Part shown: positions 13,093-26,685 of the stretch, piece after piece
How the letters are laid out: each line of letters starts with the position of its first letter
Numbering within the stretch: the first letter of the stretch is position 1
Origin: Octopus sinensis
Taxonomy: Eukaryota
Assembly: GCF_006345805.1 (NCBI RefSeq)
Contig: NW_021833016.1
Span: 28,254-92,253, forward strand
Reading direction: 5' to 3'
DNA: 64,000 bases
Made by a program: the position numbers and the translations under genes
Notes under the pieces: generated by a model
Databases searched by the model: none
Told to the model about the DNA's origin: nothing
Seen by the model: only the letters and a program-made list of their open reading frames with translations

Positions 13093-14032
13093 TCACACAC
13101 ACACATACACATACACGGACACACACTATATATATATAAATATTTATATATATATATATATATATACATACATATATATATACATATATACACACACGCG
13201 CGCACGTACACACACACGAACGCACGAACACACACTCACAAACCCACACATGCACACACAAATGTAATGTTAACTTTGGTTGTGATTGGTCAGAAATTTA
13301 CCATTGGTTTCACATCTCTTGTTGCTATTAGTAACACAAGCGATAAACCAGATGGAGGCACATAACGTCCTTACTAATGGAGATAGAAGTTTGAAAAAAA
13401 AAGTCTTAAACGAAATTCTTCGAGGGGAAAAACCCTTCTTGGTGAAGTGGAGCTATTTCTCATTGACCAGTTTTAGCTGTGTCCGGACGAGTAGGTTTAT
13501 GTACGATTTCCGTTCACAAGTCAGTAGGCAAGGAATTCCATCTCTTGAGCTAGTAATTTTCTCATAAGAGCATCTCACTTTCAAAATTGTGAATACTCAC
13601 CTAGGGACTTCTGAAATTCAAAAAATGTTTTTATTTTGTCCTCTTATGTCGAAAGATTTGCATTGAAAGCATGGAATTCTCCGCTTGCTGACAACTGATG
13701 AAAAACCGTATATGAACTGACACAATTAAAATACAAGTGGAAATGGTCAAGGGGGAATGAATCCGTAGCACCCACAAGATTTTCCTTCGAAGAATGTCGT
13801 TTCAGGTTTTTTGTTACAATCCAGACTGACTCATACTGTATTTTTAGTTCCGTTAGTAAAGTGGTTCCCTGCTTCAAACCAGCAAATCTGATGTGTCACT
13901 TATATTAAGAACGGTAATACACGTGAAACTAATTGTAACGTTTTGGCCGGCCATATCCAGCGACTACGCAAAACATAATTCTTTTAAATATCTTTCAGAG
14001 TTTGCATATTGGTACTAATGAACAAGCGACCG

Positions 14033-14278
<246 letters not shown>

Positions 14279-14292
14279 AAGAAAAAATATTA

Positions 14293-14685
14293 TAGATACT
14301 TGGTGCATCTTATTTGTATCACAATGGAAACGTAATGCAAAAAGTGATACTTATAAGATTAAGGATAAAAAAAACCGGATCAACACATCAACCAGTTTCA
14401 AAATACAGTCCTGAAATTAGTTATTACGTAATTCAAGCCCGGAAAATATACTTACGTTTCCTTGGAGATACCCGGCAATATATGCTTTCTTACATCTACA
14501 ATCGTTTGAATGTTGATGATTCAAACATGCTGTCGGATTGAAACATGTGTAGGATTTTGAGAGGATATTTTTTGGTTGCTTTGTTGATCCGTTTTCTTTT
14601 ATCCTTATTCTTACATGTATCACTTTTACTTTGCATTACTTTTCCATTTTGATACAAATAAAATGAATCAAGCATCTATTTATTT
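14293..14685. repeat. Small element with about 110-bp inverted ends and a central degenerate hammerhead-like motif
   Basis: 14293-14400 is the reverse complement of about 14572-14685 with scattered mismatches; TTGATGA...GAAACATGT at 14513-14548. Confidence 0.6.
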
Positions 14686-15030
14686 TTCTCCATTTTATTT
14701 TATTATCTTTATACTTTATTAGAGTGTTTATACATATATATTGAGAACCTTTATTTCAATATACTTGATAAAGCCAGATTGCATCTGAATTGTTATTAGT
14801 AATCCCTTACTTATTATGTGGTTTCTATGAAGACTGCTTTGGGTATTTACTTATGGAATTCTGGGGCGATAAATCATGCTATATAATTATAAGCTAAGAA
14901 TCAGAAACCAAAAATAGAAAAAAAGTTATGCAAAGATATATATACACATATTTAACTGTGCTCACATGCAAATATATGCATATATTTGTACATTATCATG
15001 GGTATGTTATAATCAACCCTCATAGACTTA

Positions 15031-16323
15031 CGAGGGGCGTTCAATAAGTAATGGCCCTGACCCACTTCCCATAGCAGTAGAGCAACGAAACTTGGCACAG
15101 TTATTAGTCTTTTTCTACATAGGAACCACCCAGAGTTACGCATTTCTCCCATTGTTTGATGCAGCTCTGGAGATCGTTTTTGTAGAAGACCCCAGCTTGG
15201 TCCTCCAACCACGACGTGACTTCAGAAATCAAGGCTGCATCATCTGGGAAACGCTTTCCTTTCAAAAACAACTTCATGGCTGAGAAGAGGGGAAAATCAG
15301 AGGGTGCAAGGTCAGTAGAGTAGGGGGGATGGGGGATGAGTTCATAGCCGCACGCCTGTGCTTCTGATCTGGCGACACGCGAGTTGTGGACTGGAGCGTT
15401 GTCCTGCAGGAGGAGGATGCCTTTGCTGATCTTGCCCCGCCTCTTGATTTTGATAGCTTCTCTTAATTTCCTCAAAAGTGAAGCATAATAGACTCCTGTA
15501 ATTGTGGTACCCTTTGCCAAGAAATCTATTATAATTACTCCGTCCTGGTCCCAGAAGACTGTGAGCATGACCTTGCCAGCGGAGGGCTGCACCCTTGCCT
15601 TCTTTGGAGAGGGTGAGTCACGGTGCTTCCACTGCATTGACTGGGCTTTGGTCTCTGGATCATTGTGATGGACCCAGGTTTCATCCTGTGTAATCAGACT
15701 TTTGAAAAAGTTTGACTCATCTTCTTGACACATCTCCAAATTCATACTCGAGCACTCGACGCGTTCTTGCTTCTGGAATGGTGTGAGCAACCTGGGAATC
15801 CATCTGGCAGACACCGTTTGCATATGCAAATAGTCATGAATGATAGTTTCCACAGACCCGGTACTAATCTTGACCTCATGGGCTATTTGGCGAATAGTTA
15901 TGCGTCGATCTTCCAAAATGGCAGCCTCAGCTTGACGGACAGATGCCTCATCAATGGCAGAAGGGGGGCCACCAGATCTGGGAGCTGTTTCCACAGAGTT
16001 CCGACCATGTTTGAATTCACGATGCCAGCGTTTTACAAGGTCATATGATGGAGCATCATCACCATAAGTTACTTTCATTTCATCAAAAGTCTCCCGTGGT
16101 GTGCGTCCTTTCAAATACAAAAACCGGATCACTGCTCGACACTCAACAGGCTCCATTTCACACTTGACTCAGTTCAAACACCTGTGAATCAGAAACCACA
16201 ATTCGTTCAGAGCTGTAATTTGCTACTTCATCTATAGAGATATAAATAATTGCACCTGCAAAATTTCAGCTAGAACAAACAACTGCAAGTGGGTCAGAGG
16301 CATTACTTATTGAACGTCCCTCG
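15031..16323 (-). mobile_element. Mariner transposon, full length (1293 bp), TA target-site duplication
   Basis: TA|CGAGGGGCGTTCAATAAGTAATG at 15029 and CATTACTTATTGAACGTCCCTCG|TA ending at 16325. Confidence 0.97.
15104..16156 (-). CDS. Mariner DD34D transposase, 350 aa, uninterrupted
   Basis: ATG start; WIPRLL, ITQDETW, LLQDNAPVH, PPYSTDLAPSDF; 34 residues counted between the second and third Asp. Confidence 0.95.
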   Translation of the reverse strand: MEPVECRAVIRFLYLKGRTPRETFDEMKVTYGDDAPSYDLVKRWHREFKHGRNSVETAPRSGGPPSAIDEASVRQAEAAILEDRRITIRQIAHEVKISTGSVETIIHDYLHMQTVSARWIPRLLTPFQKQERVECSSMNLEMCQEDESNFFKSLITQDETWVHHNDPETKAQSMQWKHRDSPSPKKARVQPSAGKVMLTVFWDQDGVIIIDFLAKGTTITGVYYASLLRKLREAIKIKRRGKISKGILLLQDNAPVHNSRVARSEAQACGYELIPHPPYSTDLAPSDFPLFSAMKLFLKGKRFPDDAALISEVTSWLEDQAGVFYKNDLQSCIKQWEKCVTLGGSYVEKD

Positions 16324-16329
16324 TAAGTA

Positions 16330-17310
16330 ACTAGAAGGTTTATAACTCTATTTAAGAATATTAACAACTTAGAGGGGATAAGAGGTTTATTGGTAAAAGT
16401 ATCAAAATAAGAAAACAAATTAAGAAATTATAGAGACTTGTGAGATAATATTTATAACTTACACTTTACAGAGACAGAGTCTTAAAATTTGAGGAAGGGG
16501 AGAGATAAAGATAATCCCACAGAAGTAATAGGTATGGTAGTAGTGAGAGTAGTAGGGGGTATTCAAAGCGAAGGGATATTTTATATGTTATAAGGTTACC
16601 TTTGTTATTACATACATGATTTTATAGTTTCACAGGGGTATATAATTTGGAGGCTTACTCACATAAAAGCCATTACATAATACATAATATGATTAGTAGG
16701 GTAGAACATCATAGAAAGGAATAAATAATTTAATCACCAAAAACATGATGAAGTCAGACTAACTAGGTAGGATTATTCAAAGGACAGTAACTACATATAG
16801 CATAACATAGTATATGCAATGCACTTTAATTCATCATATATCTCAATATCCCATGATTTTATTATATATAATACTCGGGGGTAAGTTCACATCAGATATG
16901 AAACTAAAAATTAATTTCCCCAATCTAGGTTGAAGTATAGCTCCTTCAAACGCTAATTTCGAAAATATTTAAATGCACAGGTGACTCTATGTACGCATGG
17001 TAGCCTTAGGTCTAATTATTATTAATCAGGCAAAATTCGTTTCCACTTTCCTTCAGTTCCCAAATCTTGCTGGATAAGGATGTACAATTGAGCCAATGTT
17101 TGAGCTTAAAAGATTTTTTTTAATATTTATTGAACATCCTATATATATAAAGTTACCAGCTACAGTTGTGATTGTATTCTTATGGATTACGATTTGGATT
17201 AGACATCGGCCTATTAATGGACAGTGGGGTTTAACTCTACAATTGCAACTAGGAGAATTACTACTGTTAATATTATTGATAGTCATACCATTATTATTAT
17301 TAATATCAGT
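16330..17310 (-). mobile_element. Penelope-like remnant (Cys-rich linker + GIY-YIG start, AT-rich 3' region)
   Basis: ORF 17053-17340: CNCRVKPHCPLIGRCL...VIH...YIG. Left boundary uncertain. Confidence 0.55.
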
Positions 17311-17331
17311 ATTATTGCTAATCCATATATG

Positions 17332-17379
<48 letters not shown>

Positions 17380-17437
17380 ATATATATATATGCATGTATA
17401 CATACATATATGTACATATATATATATATATATATGT

Positions 17438-18396
17438 AATGTAGGATAAAATTTTTTCGAAAAAAAAAATTATCAATGGCCAGCATATTAAAAATACCTT
17501 TAAAGGTTAAATTATAAACAACTTATAACTAAGGGCAAACGAAAACATTCTAATGCCAAATATGCCGAAAATTGGACATAATGTCCATTTACCATATAAC
17601 TTTTTCCAGTACGCACGCTACTCGAAAAAGGTCAACAGAAATCTCTTTAAAATTCCATTATTACCATATCGGAGCGATTTCAGGGTTATTTCAAAAAGAA
17701 TCCTCCCTTCGTCAGTGATACATGGGGCAAAGAAGTAAATGAGATACTTACTCATACCCATGGAAGAAGCAAACACTAAGTCATGAACACAAAGTACCCC
17801 AAATAAATCCAAAATAGAAATACTCCGGCCCATTCAAGATACGTGCGATTTGAACTGAGGCACTCACAGAGTGGGAGAGTCCGGAAGTGAACACTAAATT
17901 TATATCTAATGTAGGATAAAATTATTTCGAAAAAAAAAAATGTTATCAATGGCCAGCATATTAAAAATACCTTTAAAGGTTAAATTATAAACAACTTATA
18001 AATAAGGGCAAACGAAAAAAGTTCTCATGCCAAGTATGCCAAATTTTTTCGTTTGCCCTTATTTATAAGTTGTTTATAATTTAACCTTTAAAGGTATTTT
18101 TTATATGCTGGCCATTGATAAAAAAAATTTTTCCGAAAAAACTTTATCCTACATTAGATATAAATTTAGTGTTCACTTCCGGACTCTCCCAATCTGTGAG
18201 TGCCTCAGTTCAAATCGCACGTATCTTGAATGGGCCGGAGTATTTCTATTTTGGATTTATTTGAGGTACTTAGTTGTGTTCATGACTTAGTGTTTGCTTC
18301 TTCCATGGGTATGAGCAAGTATCTCATTTACTTCTTTGCCACATGTATCACTGACGAAGGGAGGATTCTTTTTGAAATAACCCTGAAATCGCCCCG
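17438..18396. mobile_element. 470-bp-period partial tandem unit plus 350-bp inverted copy, with hammerhead-like motif
   Basis: 17438-17560 repeats at 17908-18040; 17670-18020 and 18044-18396 are inverted arms around a 23-nt loop; CTGACGA...GAAA in both arms. Confidence 0.8.
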
Positions 18397-19146
18397 AGAG
18401 TTATTTATGTTTAACAACTGAAAGAATTTAATAAAGGCATCTAAATATGAAACATCATGAAAGTTGTTCAAATTGAAGTTCTTCTTGAGCGTCACATTTT
18501 TCCATTTGAGACAATAGGGGATTTCAGATTGTATTTATGGAATCTTGATTTACTGTCGGGTGAATTTTTGGCCAACCCTGTACTCACACACACACACACA
18601 CATATTTATACATATAAATATATATACACACACACTCTTACACACATTTATATATACAAAATAATATGAGAGAACAGAGAGGTAATTAATAAATTACTAT
18701 TCATTAATAAAAAATCTGACAAACATCCCTTACAAATGTTTCAATTGAGACCCTCAAAAAATTAATTAATCAAATTAAAACTTATTTGTAAGTCGAATCT
18801 CTTCAGATGTAGATACCTACCTCTGATTGTCAATTTTTTTTATTGAAAAATAACAATTTATTTTTTACTTCTATTCTCTCATCTTATTGTTATAATAAAT
18901 AAAAAATATATAAACCACGGTTTATATAGTTACCTTGAAGTTGAGTATTAATGTTCATTACTCTTTGTATAGGTAATTAGCCAGAACCTTCGATGTATTC
19001 TGCTATCGCTGAATGAGGTTTGTAACCTTTAATTGTGCTTCTGTTATATATTTTTGTCTCTGCTTATTTTCCCTTATTCTTTTCTGATGAGAGCGAAGAT
19101 TGTTGTTCATACACCAGTCTTCGTCGTTTATTTTTCTATCAATTCC

Positions 19147-19218
<72 letters not shown>

Positions 19219-19308
19219 AAAAAGGACAAATAAACACACACACATATATATATATATATGTATTATATGTATATATGTATGTGTATATATGTATATATAT
19301 ATATATAT

Positions 19309-19385
19309 ATAATTTAATAAATAAAATATATGCATACATACATACATATATGTACGTACCTACATCTACATGTATATATACATGC

Positions 19386-19428
<43 letters not shown>

Positions 19429-20295
19429 AATACAGGACACCACAAATAAACGTAGAACACAACGAGAAACGAAAGCATAAAAACAACTAGGAAACGGACT
19501 TTTTTTAACAATGAAAAACAGAGTACAAGACAAACAATACAAGGAATATTCCCCTTCATCAGCTGTCCCTGGATTGACTCAATGCGTGTTTCGAAGGTAA
19601 GGACAGAACACGCCCCGACGAACTAGTCCTTCCTGCGAAAGAATTAAAATAAAATTCCTTTGCAGAGGGGTAAAAACAAAAAAAAAACAAAAAACATGAC
19701 AAGAACAGGACGTAAAAGCAATACAAATAAAATACAATTACAAATAGAAAATAAAAATACAAGTCCAAAAAAATACAGTACACATGAAGAATAGAAACAG
19801 GACAAAAAAAAAACAAAAAACATGACAAGAACAGGACGTAAAAGCAATACAAATAAAATACAATTACAAATAGAAAATAAAAATACAAGTCCAAAAAAAT
19901 ACAGTACACATGAAGAATAGAAACAGGACAAAAAAAAAACAAACATTAAGGGCTGTCTTTTAAGCCTAGACGATGGATACATTCAGATTCGCAGGAAGGA
20001 TTGTCGACGAGTTGTGTTCTGTCCTTACCTTCGAAACACGCATTGAGTCGATCCAGGGACAGCTGATGAAGGGGAATATTCCTTGTATTGTTTGTCTTGT
20101 ACTCTGTTTTTTCGTTGTTAAAAAAAGTTCGTTTCCTAGTTGTTTTTATGCTTTCGTTTCTCGTTGTGTTCTACGTTTATTTGTGTTGTCCTGTAATCAC
20201 ATATATATATATATATATGCATGTATATATACATGTAGATGTATGTACGTACATATATGTATGTATGTATGCATATATTTTATTTATTAAATTAT
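19309..20295. repeat. Fold-back structure: about 310-330-bp inverted arms around a spacer with a 126-bp tandem duplication
   Basis: 19309-19639 matches the reverse complement of 19988-20295; CATGACAAGAACAGG recurs at 19695 and 19821. Confidence 0.9.
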
Positions 20296-20764
20296 TGTAT
20301 GACTGAGCACCATCTGGTCGTTTCGTTTCTTTTCTCCAAGTAAGTTTATATATATATATATATATATATATAGTTAATCACACCACATTTTTACTCTTAA
20401 AAATATTTTCATTCTAATTAAACAGCTACTCCTGTAGCTTTTTGAAGCGCACACACCAACTGCTTTTCATGCAATATCCATATCTCACACCTCACTGCCA
20501 GTGAGCTTCGCTAGGTTTTCCATTCTCACATTTTGTTTCACCGAGGCACTGACCTTTTCGATATCCACAATAAAATTCTTTGTCAACAAATTTATTGAGT
20601 TGTTTTTTTGTTTTTTCTTTTTGAAGTAGTTGTATCTCATATATTGGACTTATGTAAATATATGCGTACAACCACACACGCACGCACGCATACATTCACA
20701 TACACACACGCGCGCGCGCATGAATATATTATATGCAGATAATTTCTCTTTCGTACGACGTCGA

Positions 20765-21860
20765 AATAGAGCATCACTGGTTTTGCAAGCGAAGGCGTAA
20801 AACTAATTCTTGGTGGTCACGTGACTGTTTAAAGCGTGAGCAGTATGATTTTAGCGCGCTTTTTACTGTGTGGACGGACTATAAAGACTATTAGTGAACA
20901 TGTTGCAGAGTTGCCTCCTGCTGGAAACCGATGTGAAAGGGTGGTTCGAAGTCTGCTGGAAGACCATGTGCGACATTGACGTGTGATGTGCTGAGAAACC
21001 GATGCGAGTGGTCTTATGATATAGTCGGTGCCATGCAATTGATGTGTGCGATGATGCCGGACAAATTCGTGTGGTGCCGTTGACACACTATTTGGTGTCG
21101 AGTGTGAAGTTGGCTTCGGTAATTAATGTGAACAGTAAACTTGTCAAAATAAAGAATGCGGAATTGTACCGTGAATTTGGAAGTAACAAAAGAATCTAGT
21201 CGAAAAAACAAAGGATTAAAAAATGAAATAGAAATTAGATCATTATACTGGTGAATAAAGGAAGAGCTCACCGAAAGAGGTCTAAACATTTCAGAGGTAA
21301 ATAAAATTATTCCCTAAAAACTCGAAACTAAACGCTCGTCGTCTCGACAAATATACACCATTTAAAAATCTCTTATAGTTATTTTCTGTGAATTGGAGCT
21401 TCTTTACTTTAGATAACTTCTAGTTCTTACGATGCTTAATTAAAAACACTGCTCTCTCGCTTTGCAAGCGAAGGCGAAAACATAATTCTTGATGGTCGTT
21501 ATAATTTCCATCTTAAACTGCAATTTGAATTCAAAATCTTGTCAGCTCTTTTCTACAGCAATCGTTTTACACATGTTGCGCTGTATGTCTTCCTGTTCGT
21601 TATTTTCTTATTTATAAGATACTCTTCTTTATTTCGTTAATTTCCCAAGTTTTTTGTCCAGCATGAACTAAAACTAACACTACCACGTGTTAACTAGTAG
21701 TCTTGATAGTCCGTTCACACAGAAAAAAGTGCGCCAAAATCATATCGCCTACGCTTTAAGCAGGCACACGACCAGCAAGAATTATGTTTTCGCCTTCGCT
21801 TGCAAAGCAAGAGAGCAGTGTTTTAATTAAGCATCGTAAGAACTAGAAGTTATCTAAATA
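20765..21860. mobile_element. MITE-like, TIR-bounded DNA transposon relics (inner 21408-21860, outer from about 20765)
   Basis: About 90-bp near-perfect inverted repeats at 21408-21500 and 21770-21860; 20770-20910 is a diverged inverted match to 21680-21830. Confidence 0.7.
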
Positions 21861-22124
21861 TAATTTCTTCCGTTCTTAACAAATATATATAATTTTTTGT
21901 CAGTTTATTTGTCTCTGTCTTTTCTCCTTGTACTGTATGAATTAACTGATGTAGTTTTAGAGTCACGTTTTGACTGCTATCTTTGGCATGATGCTATCGT
22001 TTAGGCACCCTTAACTTTAATAATAATTATTACCTAAAAGGTGTTTATTCCTATGCTGGCCCCTTGATATCATCAGTATTTCAAATAACGGTCTTACCCT
22101 TAAATATATATATATATATATATA

Positions 22125-23720
22125 CTAGCAGTACAGCCCGGCGTTGCTCGGATTAAGTTAGGATTATTAAGTAATCAAGACATCAGATTTGAGCGAAATC
22201 TGTTGAAATTGGTAAACGTATAGCTGAAAATGGGTTGCAGGCAATTTGATTGGGAAATCCCATAAGGAATCCGTTTATCGATTATTTTTACACATCGATG
22301 GTTTTTTTTTTTTTGGTTTTTTTGAGAACTTAAAGCATTCAAATATTCCATGAGTCCTAAGTAATGCTGGCATCACGTTTTAGCAAAATATGTCAAAATT
22401 CGTAATAGTTATGGTTGAAAATGGGGTGTAGCCAATTTTAGTGGGAAATCCTATAAGGAATCGGTTTATCAATTTTTTATCCTGATTAAATGAAAGCCCC
22501 CAAATGGATACCTGCCACCGATAGTGTTTAGCCTTGGAATTTGTTGATGGACATGTCGAAGCATGGTCTCACAGGGAACTGCGATCTGCGGAAGTTAAAC
22601 GTCATGTCTGACCCCGAGAGATAAAGCTGCATCCCTGAAACGAAAACATTTTCACCCCTCTCGTACCCTGTATCAATGGTGGCTTCATTTAAGTGATGGG
22701 TCAGGGACTTGATTACTTGATTGCACTGTTTAGGTGGAAGCAAGTTTCTGATTAGCATAATTGGGCATCCAATCCTTAGCCTAAGAATGTGAGGTGGAAG
22801 CCTTGCTGGTTCCAATGAGTTAAGAAACTCAATAGAGTAATTGTTAATGTCTTTGGGGTCAGATTTGTAGATGCGTTCCACACCCGGAATTCGGCTTATG
22901 AACTGGTCTTTGATAGCACTGACAGCTACTTTTTGGGGGACCAGGATGGTTCTTTCACTGATCTAACTGATGCCTGCATAATTACTTTCCAGATTGGGGA
23001 ACACAGTTTCCAAAAGATCGCAAGGGTTGTCCACAGTGTTACAAAGTTCAGACCTTCTCCAGGGGCAAAATGTCATCAGCAAATGCTGCAGACATGCTAT
23101 CATCAAGCAAATGCGCACACTTGTTTGTGCTTAGACTTAAGGTCTCAACCTGGAGCCACAATGTGGATTACTTAAGGCATGCACGCACTTCATCAGCTCG
23201 GCTCCCTTTAGGGATGACAAGAAATTTTTGCTGGAAATCTCCTGAAAGCAATAGAGTTACTCCACCCATAAAAGCTCTAGAATCCCTGATACCTTTCAGT
23301 GACCAGTCCAGTGCCTCAAGGGCACCCTTATTGGTCATTGTGCATTGTCTAAGAACTTCAGCTTCCTCTGAATTTTTGCCATTGTTGCAAGTGGGAACCG
23401 CGGCCCTCACCAAATGTAAAGGCATCTTGAATGCCGAGTGCACCATCCTAACTCCTGGCAATAGCATAGCTGCGATTCCCGAGGAAGCAACAGCTAACGC
23501 AAGTTGTTTCGCGTGACGAATATTAGCAAGTATTAATTGTGTTACAAAGGATATCGGTACCTCTAGCAGCATCGAGGAAAAGATTCCGCCCACCTGTTTT
23601 TCAACGGCACTTGGAGGCCTAGAAAGTGCTCCACACTTAAGAGACCACCACACTCCACTTAAGGAGCGCGACACATTCCTGCTCCTACTCCAGAGAGATA
23701 ACGGCAAGTAGTCCTCTCCT
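22125..23720 (-). mobile_element. Helitron 3' portion with degenerate PIF1-like helicase
   Basis: Minus ORFs 23168-23707 and 22528-22881 (LLSGDFQQ, LRLRIGCPIMLIRNL, QFPVRPCFDMSINK). The 3' end is a CCGAGCAACGCCGGG hairpin then CTAG|T at 22125. Confidence 0.88.
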
Positions 23721-23799
23721 TGTAGTTAGTAAAGAAATAAGTATTAGTTGTTCACAATTTTAAATAGTCGGCTACACAGATCACTAATTGGTGACCATA

Positions 23800-24915
23800 C
23801 GTAGACAGGGCCCCGGCTACTGCAAGCTGAACACGTCATTCAAGGTGTGCCAAACTTACAGAAACCGCATTAAAGAATTAGTTCAGAAAACTTTGACGGA
23901 GGCATCGTCAGCAATTAATGGTGATATAATCTAAAAAGTGCCATCAAAGTAGAATCAGTTAGATTTAGTAAAGTTTTAGCTGTAGAAAGAAGTAGATTAG
24001 AGGAAGATTTAGTAAGAAAGCTAGAAGTTGCGCTTAGAAAAGGCATAGTGACTGACGTGCTGTCAGCGAGGTTTGACCTTCAACGCCAGGCACGAAGGTT
24101 GCATTGTCAAAGCTAAGGCACGTGTTCTGAGAAAGAGATAACCAATGTTGCCCAATGGGCCCGGGTGGCTGAGACGCAAAATGACAACAAAAACACCATT
24201 TGGTTTTTGGTGGACCAAAATGGGAGCACGGTGAACGAGCCGGAGCAGATGTGTGCAGCTTTTCAGCAGCATTTTGTCGAATTGTTCGGAATGAAAAGTG
24301 GGCTTGATCGCAGGATGGATTTTACTGCTTACCGCGATGGCCTACCACGACACGTAACAAGAGAAGCGGAGGGCTGCGAATATCTGATAACAGTTGAGGA
24401 ATGCTCGGGGGCAAATCGCCGGGACTTGATGGTCTGCTCTAAGAGCTTTATTCTAGTATACCAGACTTGTTTGCAGGCCCCTTGTCAGATAGCTACAACA
24501 ACTTGCAACAGAAAGAGAATCTGAGAGCCGAGGATCCGTGCTACTGCTGAGAAAGGATCCAAACAAGGGGGAGGTTTAGATAATTTTAGGCCCATCACTC
24601 TGCTTAATGCAGACATGAAACTTTGGTCCGAAGTGTTAGTGAAGAGGTTAGCGCTGGTCGTCAAGAAACTGGTTGGAGACACACAAGCAGGCGCCGTCCC
24701 AAACAAGTCCATCCATGACGCCTTATGCGCTACATCGTGGATAGGGCAGTTAAGAAGCCTGGCATTGGTGGGGCTCTAATCAATTTAGGTCAGTCAAAAA
24801 TCTTTGATAGTGTGGACCATCAGTATCTGGTGGCTGTTCTCACAGCGGCTGGTTTCGGTCCGGTTTTCCGCTGCCATGTCCCTCGACATCTGCTCGGTAG
24901 TCCGGGTGAATGTGT
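23800..24915 (+). mobile_element. Degenerate Tx1/L1-like LINE fragment (RT)
   Basis: Reads NFRPITLLNADMK...KRL, QAGAVPNKSIHD and FDSVDHQYL across frames. Confidence 0.75.
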
Positions 24916-25079
24916 CCTTGTGTGTGTGTGTGTGAAATGTGCCTGTGTGTATATGGTTATGTGTTTTAATCTTCATTTGTGTATGTGTGTATGTTTGTGT
25001 GCTTGGCTGTCTGTATTACCTGTATACCTATCTATCTGTTTGTCTATCTACAAACTTACATATCCATTTACCTACACAC

Positions 25080-25140
<61 letters not shown>

Positions 25141-25854
25141 TATATACATCAGTAGCGCTACTTTATCCTGAAATTTTCACCTAAATTTCAGTAAGCGACT
25201 TTTAAAAACTTCCTATGAAAAAAATCCATCAGATATTTTCTATGTATAAGCCACATCTAATAACGAAAGAAGTGCTGATTGGAGTGAGCGTAACAATGAA
25301 TAATTGGCTCATTTATTGAAGTCTGTTTATAATAACTAGAGAACACCAAGTAAACATTTAAACATGACTGAATATTGCCGCACAAATTATAAGATGTTCA
25401 TGCATAACAAAAATACGTGATAAAATCAGTATAATGCGAGCTACGATAGCTAAAAGTGATAATTTATCATTTGGTCTTGATTAAAGACAATAAATATATA
25501 TAAATAGGCACTATGTTATTTTGGATGTTGCAATCGCATGTTGGTTAAGTATGTAGTTATTAGAATGGCTAAGAAAGAGCGTGTAGTTCGTAATATAACG
25601 CAGAATGCACTAGAGTTCGGCAAATTGGGACTTTTTCCCACGCTATTTATAACAGTTTCAAGCAATCTCGAGTATAACCATAAGAAATTGCAAAGATAAT
25701 CTGGAACTCGACTGAGGAAAGAAAATTCAGAATGACCCGTCCATATCTTCTTTGTAATTCCTCTCTGGATGTTTTGTTGTTCCTTTCTTACATCACCTAA
25801 CGATGTTTTGCGTTCTTGTACAATTTTGTGTATGTATATATATATATATATATA

Positions 25855-25904
25855 CTAGCATTAAAGACAAGTCGTTGCTGGGTCATAGTGCTAGTGCATG
25901 TATC

Positions 25905-25970
<66 letters not shown>

Positions 25971-26685
25971 TACATATTACATGTACATTTATATATATAT
26001 ACATCTACACATAAAATACAAAATACAAAGTTATATCTTGATATCGCTAGTGATAACAATATTCAAAATATATAACAGACTGGAATTGTTAGCCCGTCTC
26101 TTGTAATTTCGATCAATTGTATCTTTCCTCCTTCTTGTATAGAAGTGTGGCTACAATCCAGCCTATCTCTTCTTCTGGGGGAGGGGCATTTTAATTTTTT
26201 TCCCGGGACGTCCTACGTCCCAGATATAAAGGAAAAAATAAAATATTTCCACTTTGCAAGTTCTAGTCGAGTACTCCCTTACACGCTCTGTTGACTCGAA
26301 TCTTGCTTCTATTGTGGCGAATTTACCGCCTCTGATTAGATATCTGTCATAGTCACACCAAGACACTTTTCGAAGGTGCTTTCCTCCATGTGTTCAAATC
26401 TTTTTTTCTCTACATTGTATACTTTATAGACAATAGTCTTTTCTTTAATTTAATTTTTTATTATCCATCTGGACTATTCCATTTCTGCAGACTAATTTTA
26501 TTTTTAATTTATTCCCATTCATGGGCTCGCTCTAGGTAAGACGATGAACATTTTTTGCTCATGAAACTACATGGACCCTAAGTAAGGCATGTGTAAAATT
26601 TGAATGAAATTGGTTGTGTAGTTCTCAAGTTTTAGGGAAACACACAGACAGACAAACACACAATCTCAGTTTTATATATATAAAG

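Noticed and set aside
19085-19135. CTGATGA followed by a 9-bp stem
   Set aside because: GTTT replaces the required GAAA and no stem III or stem I follows.
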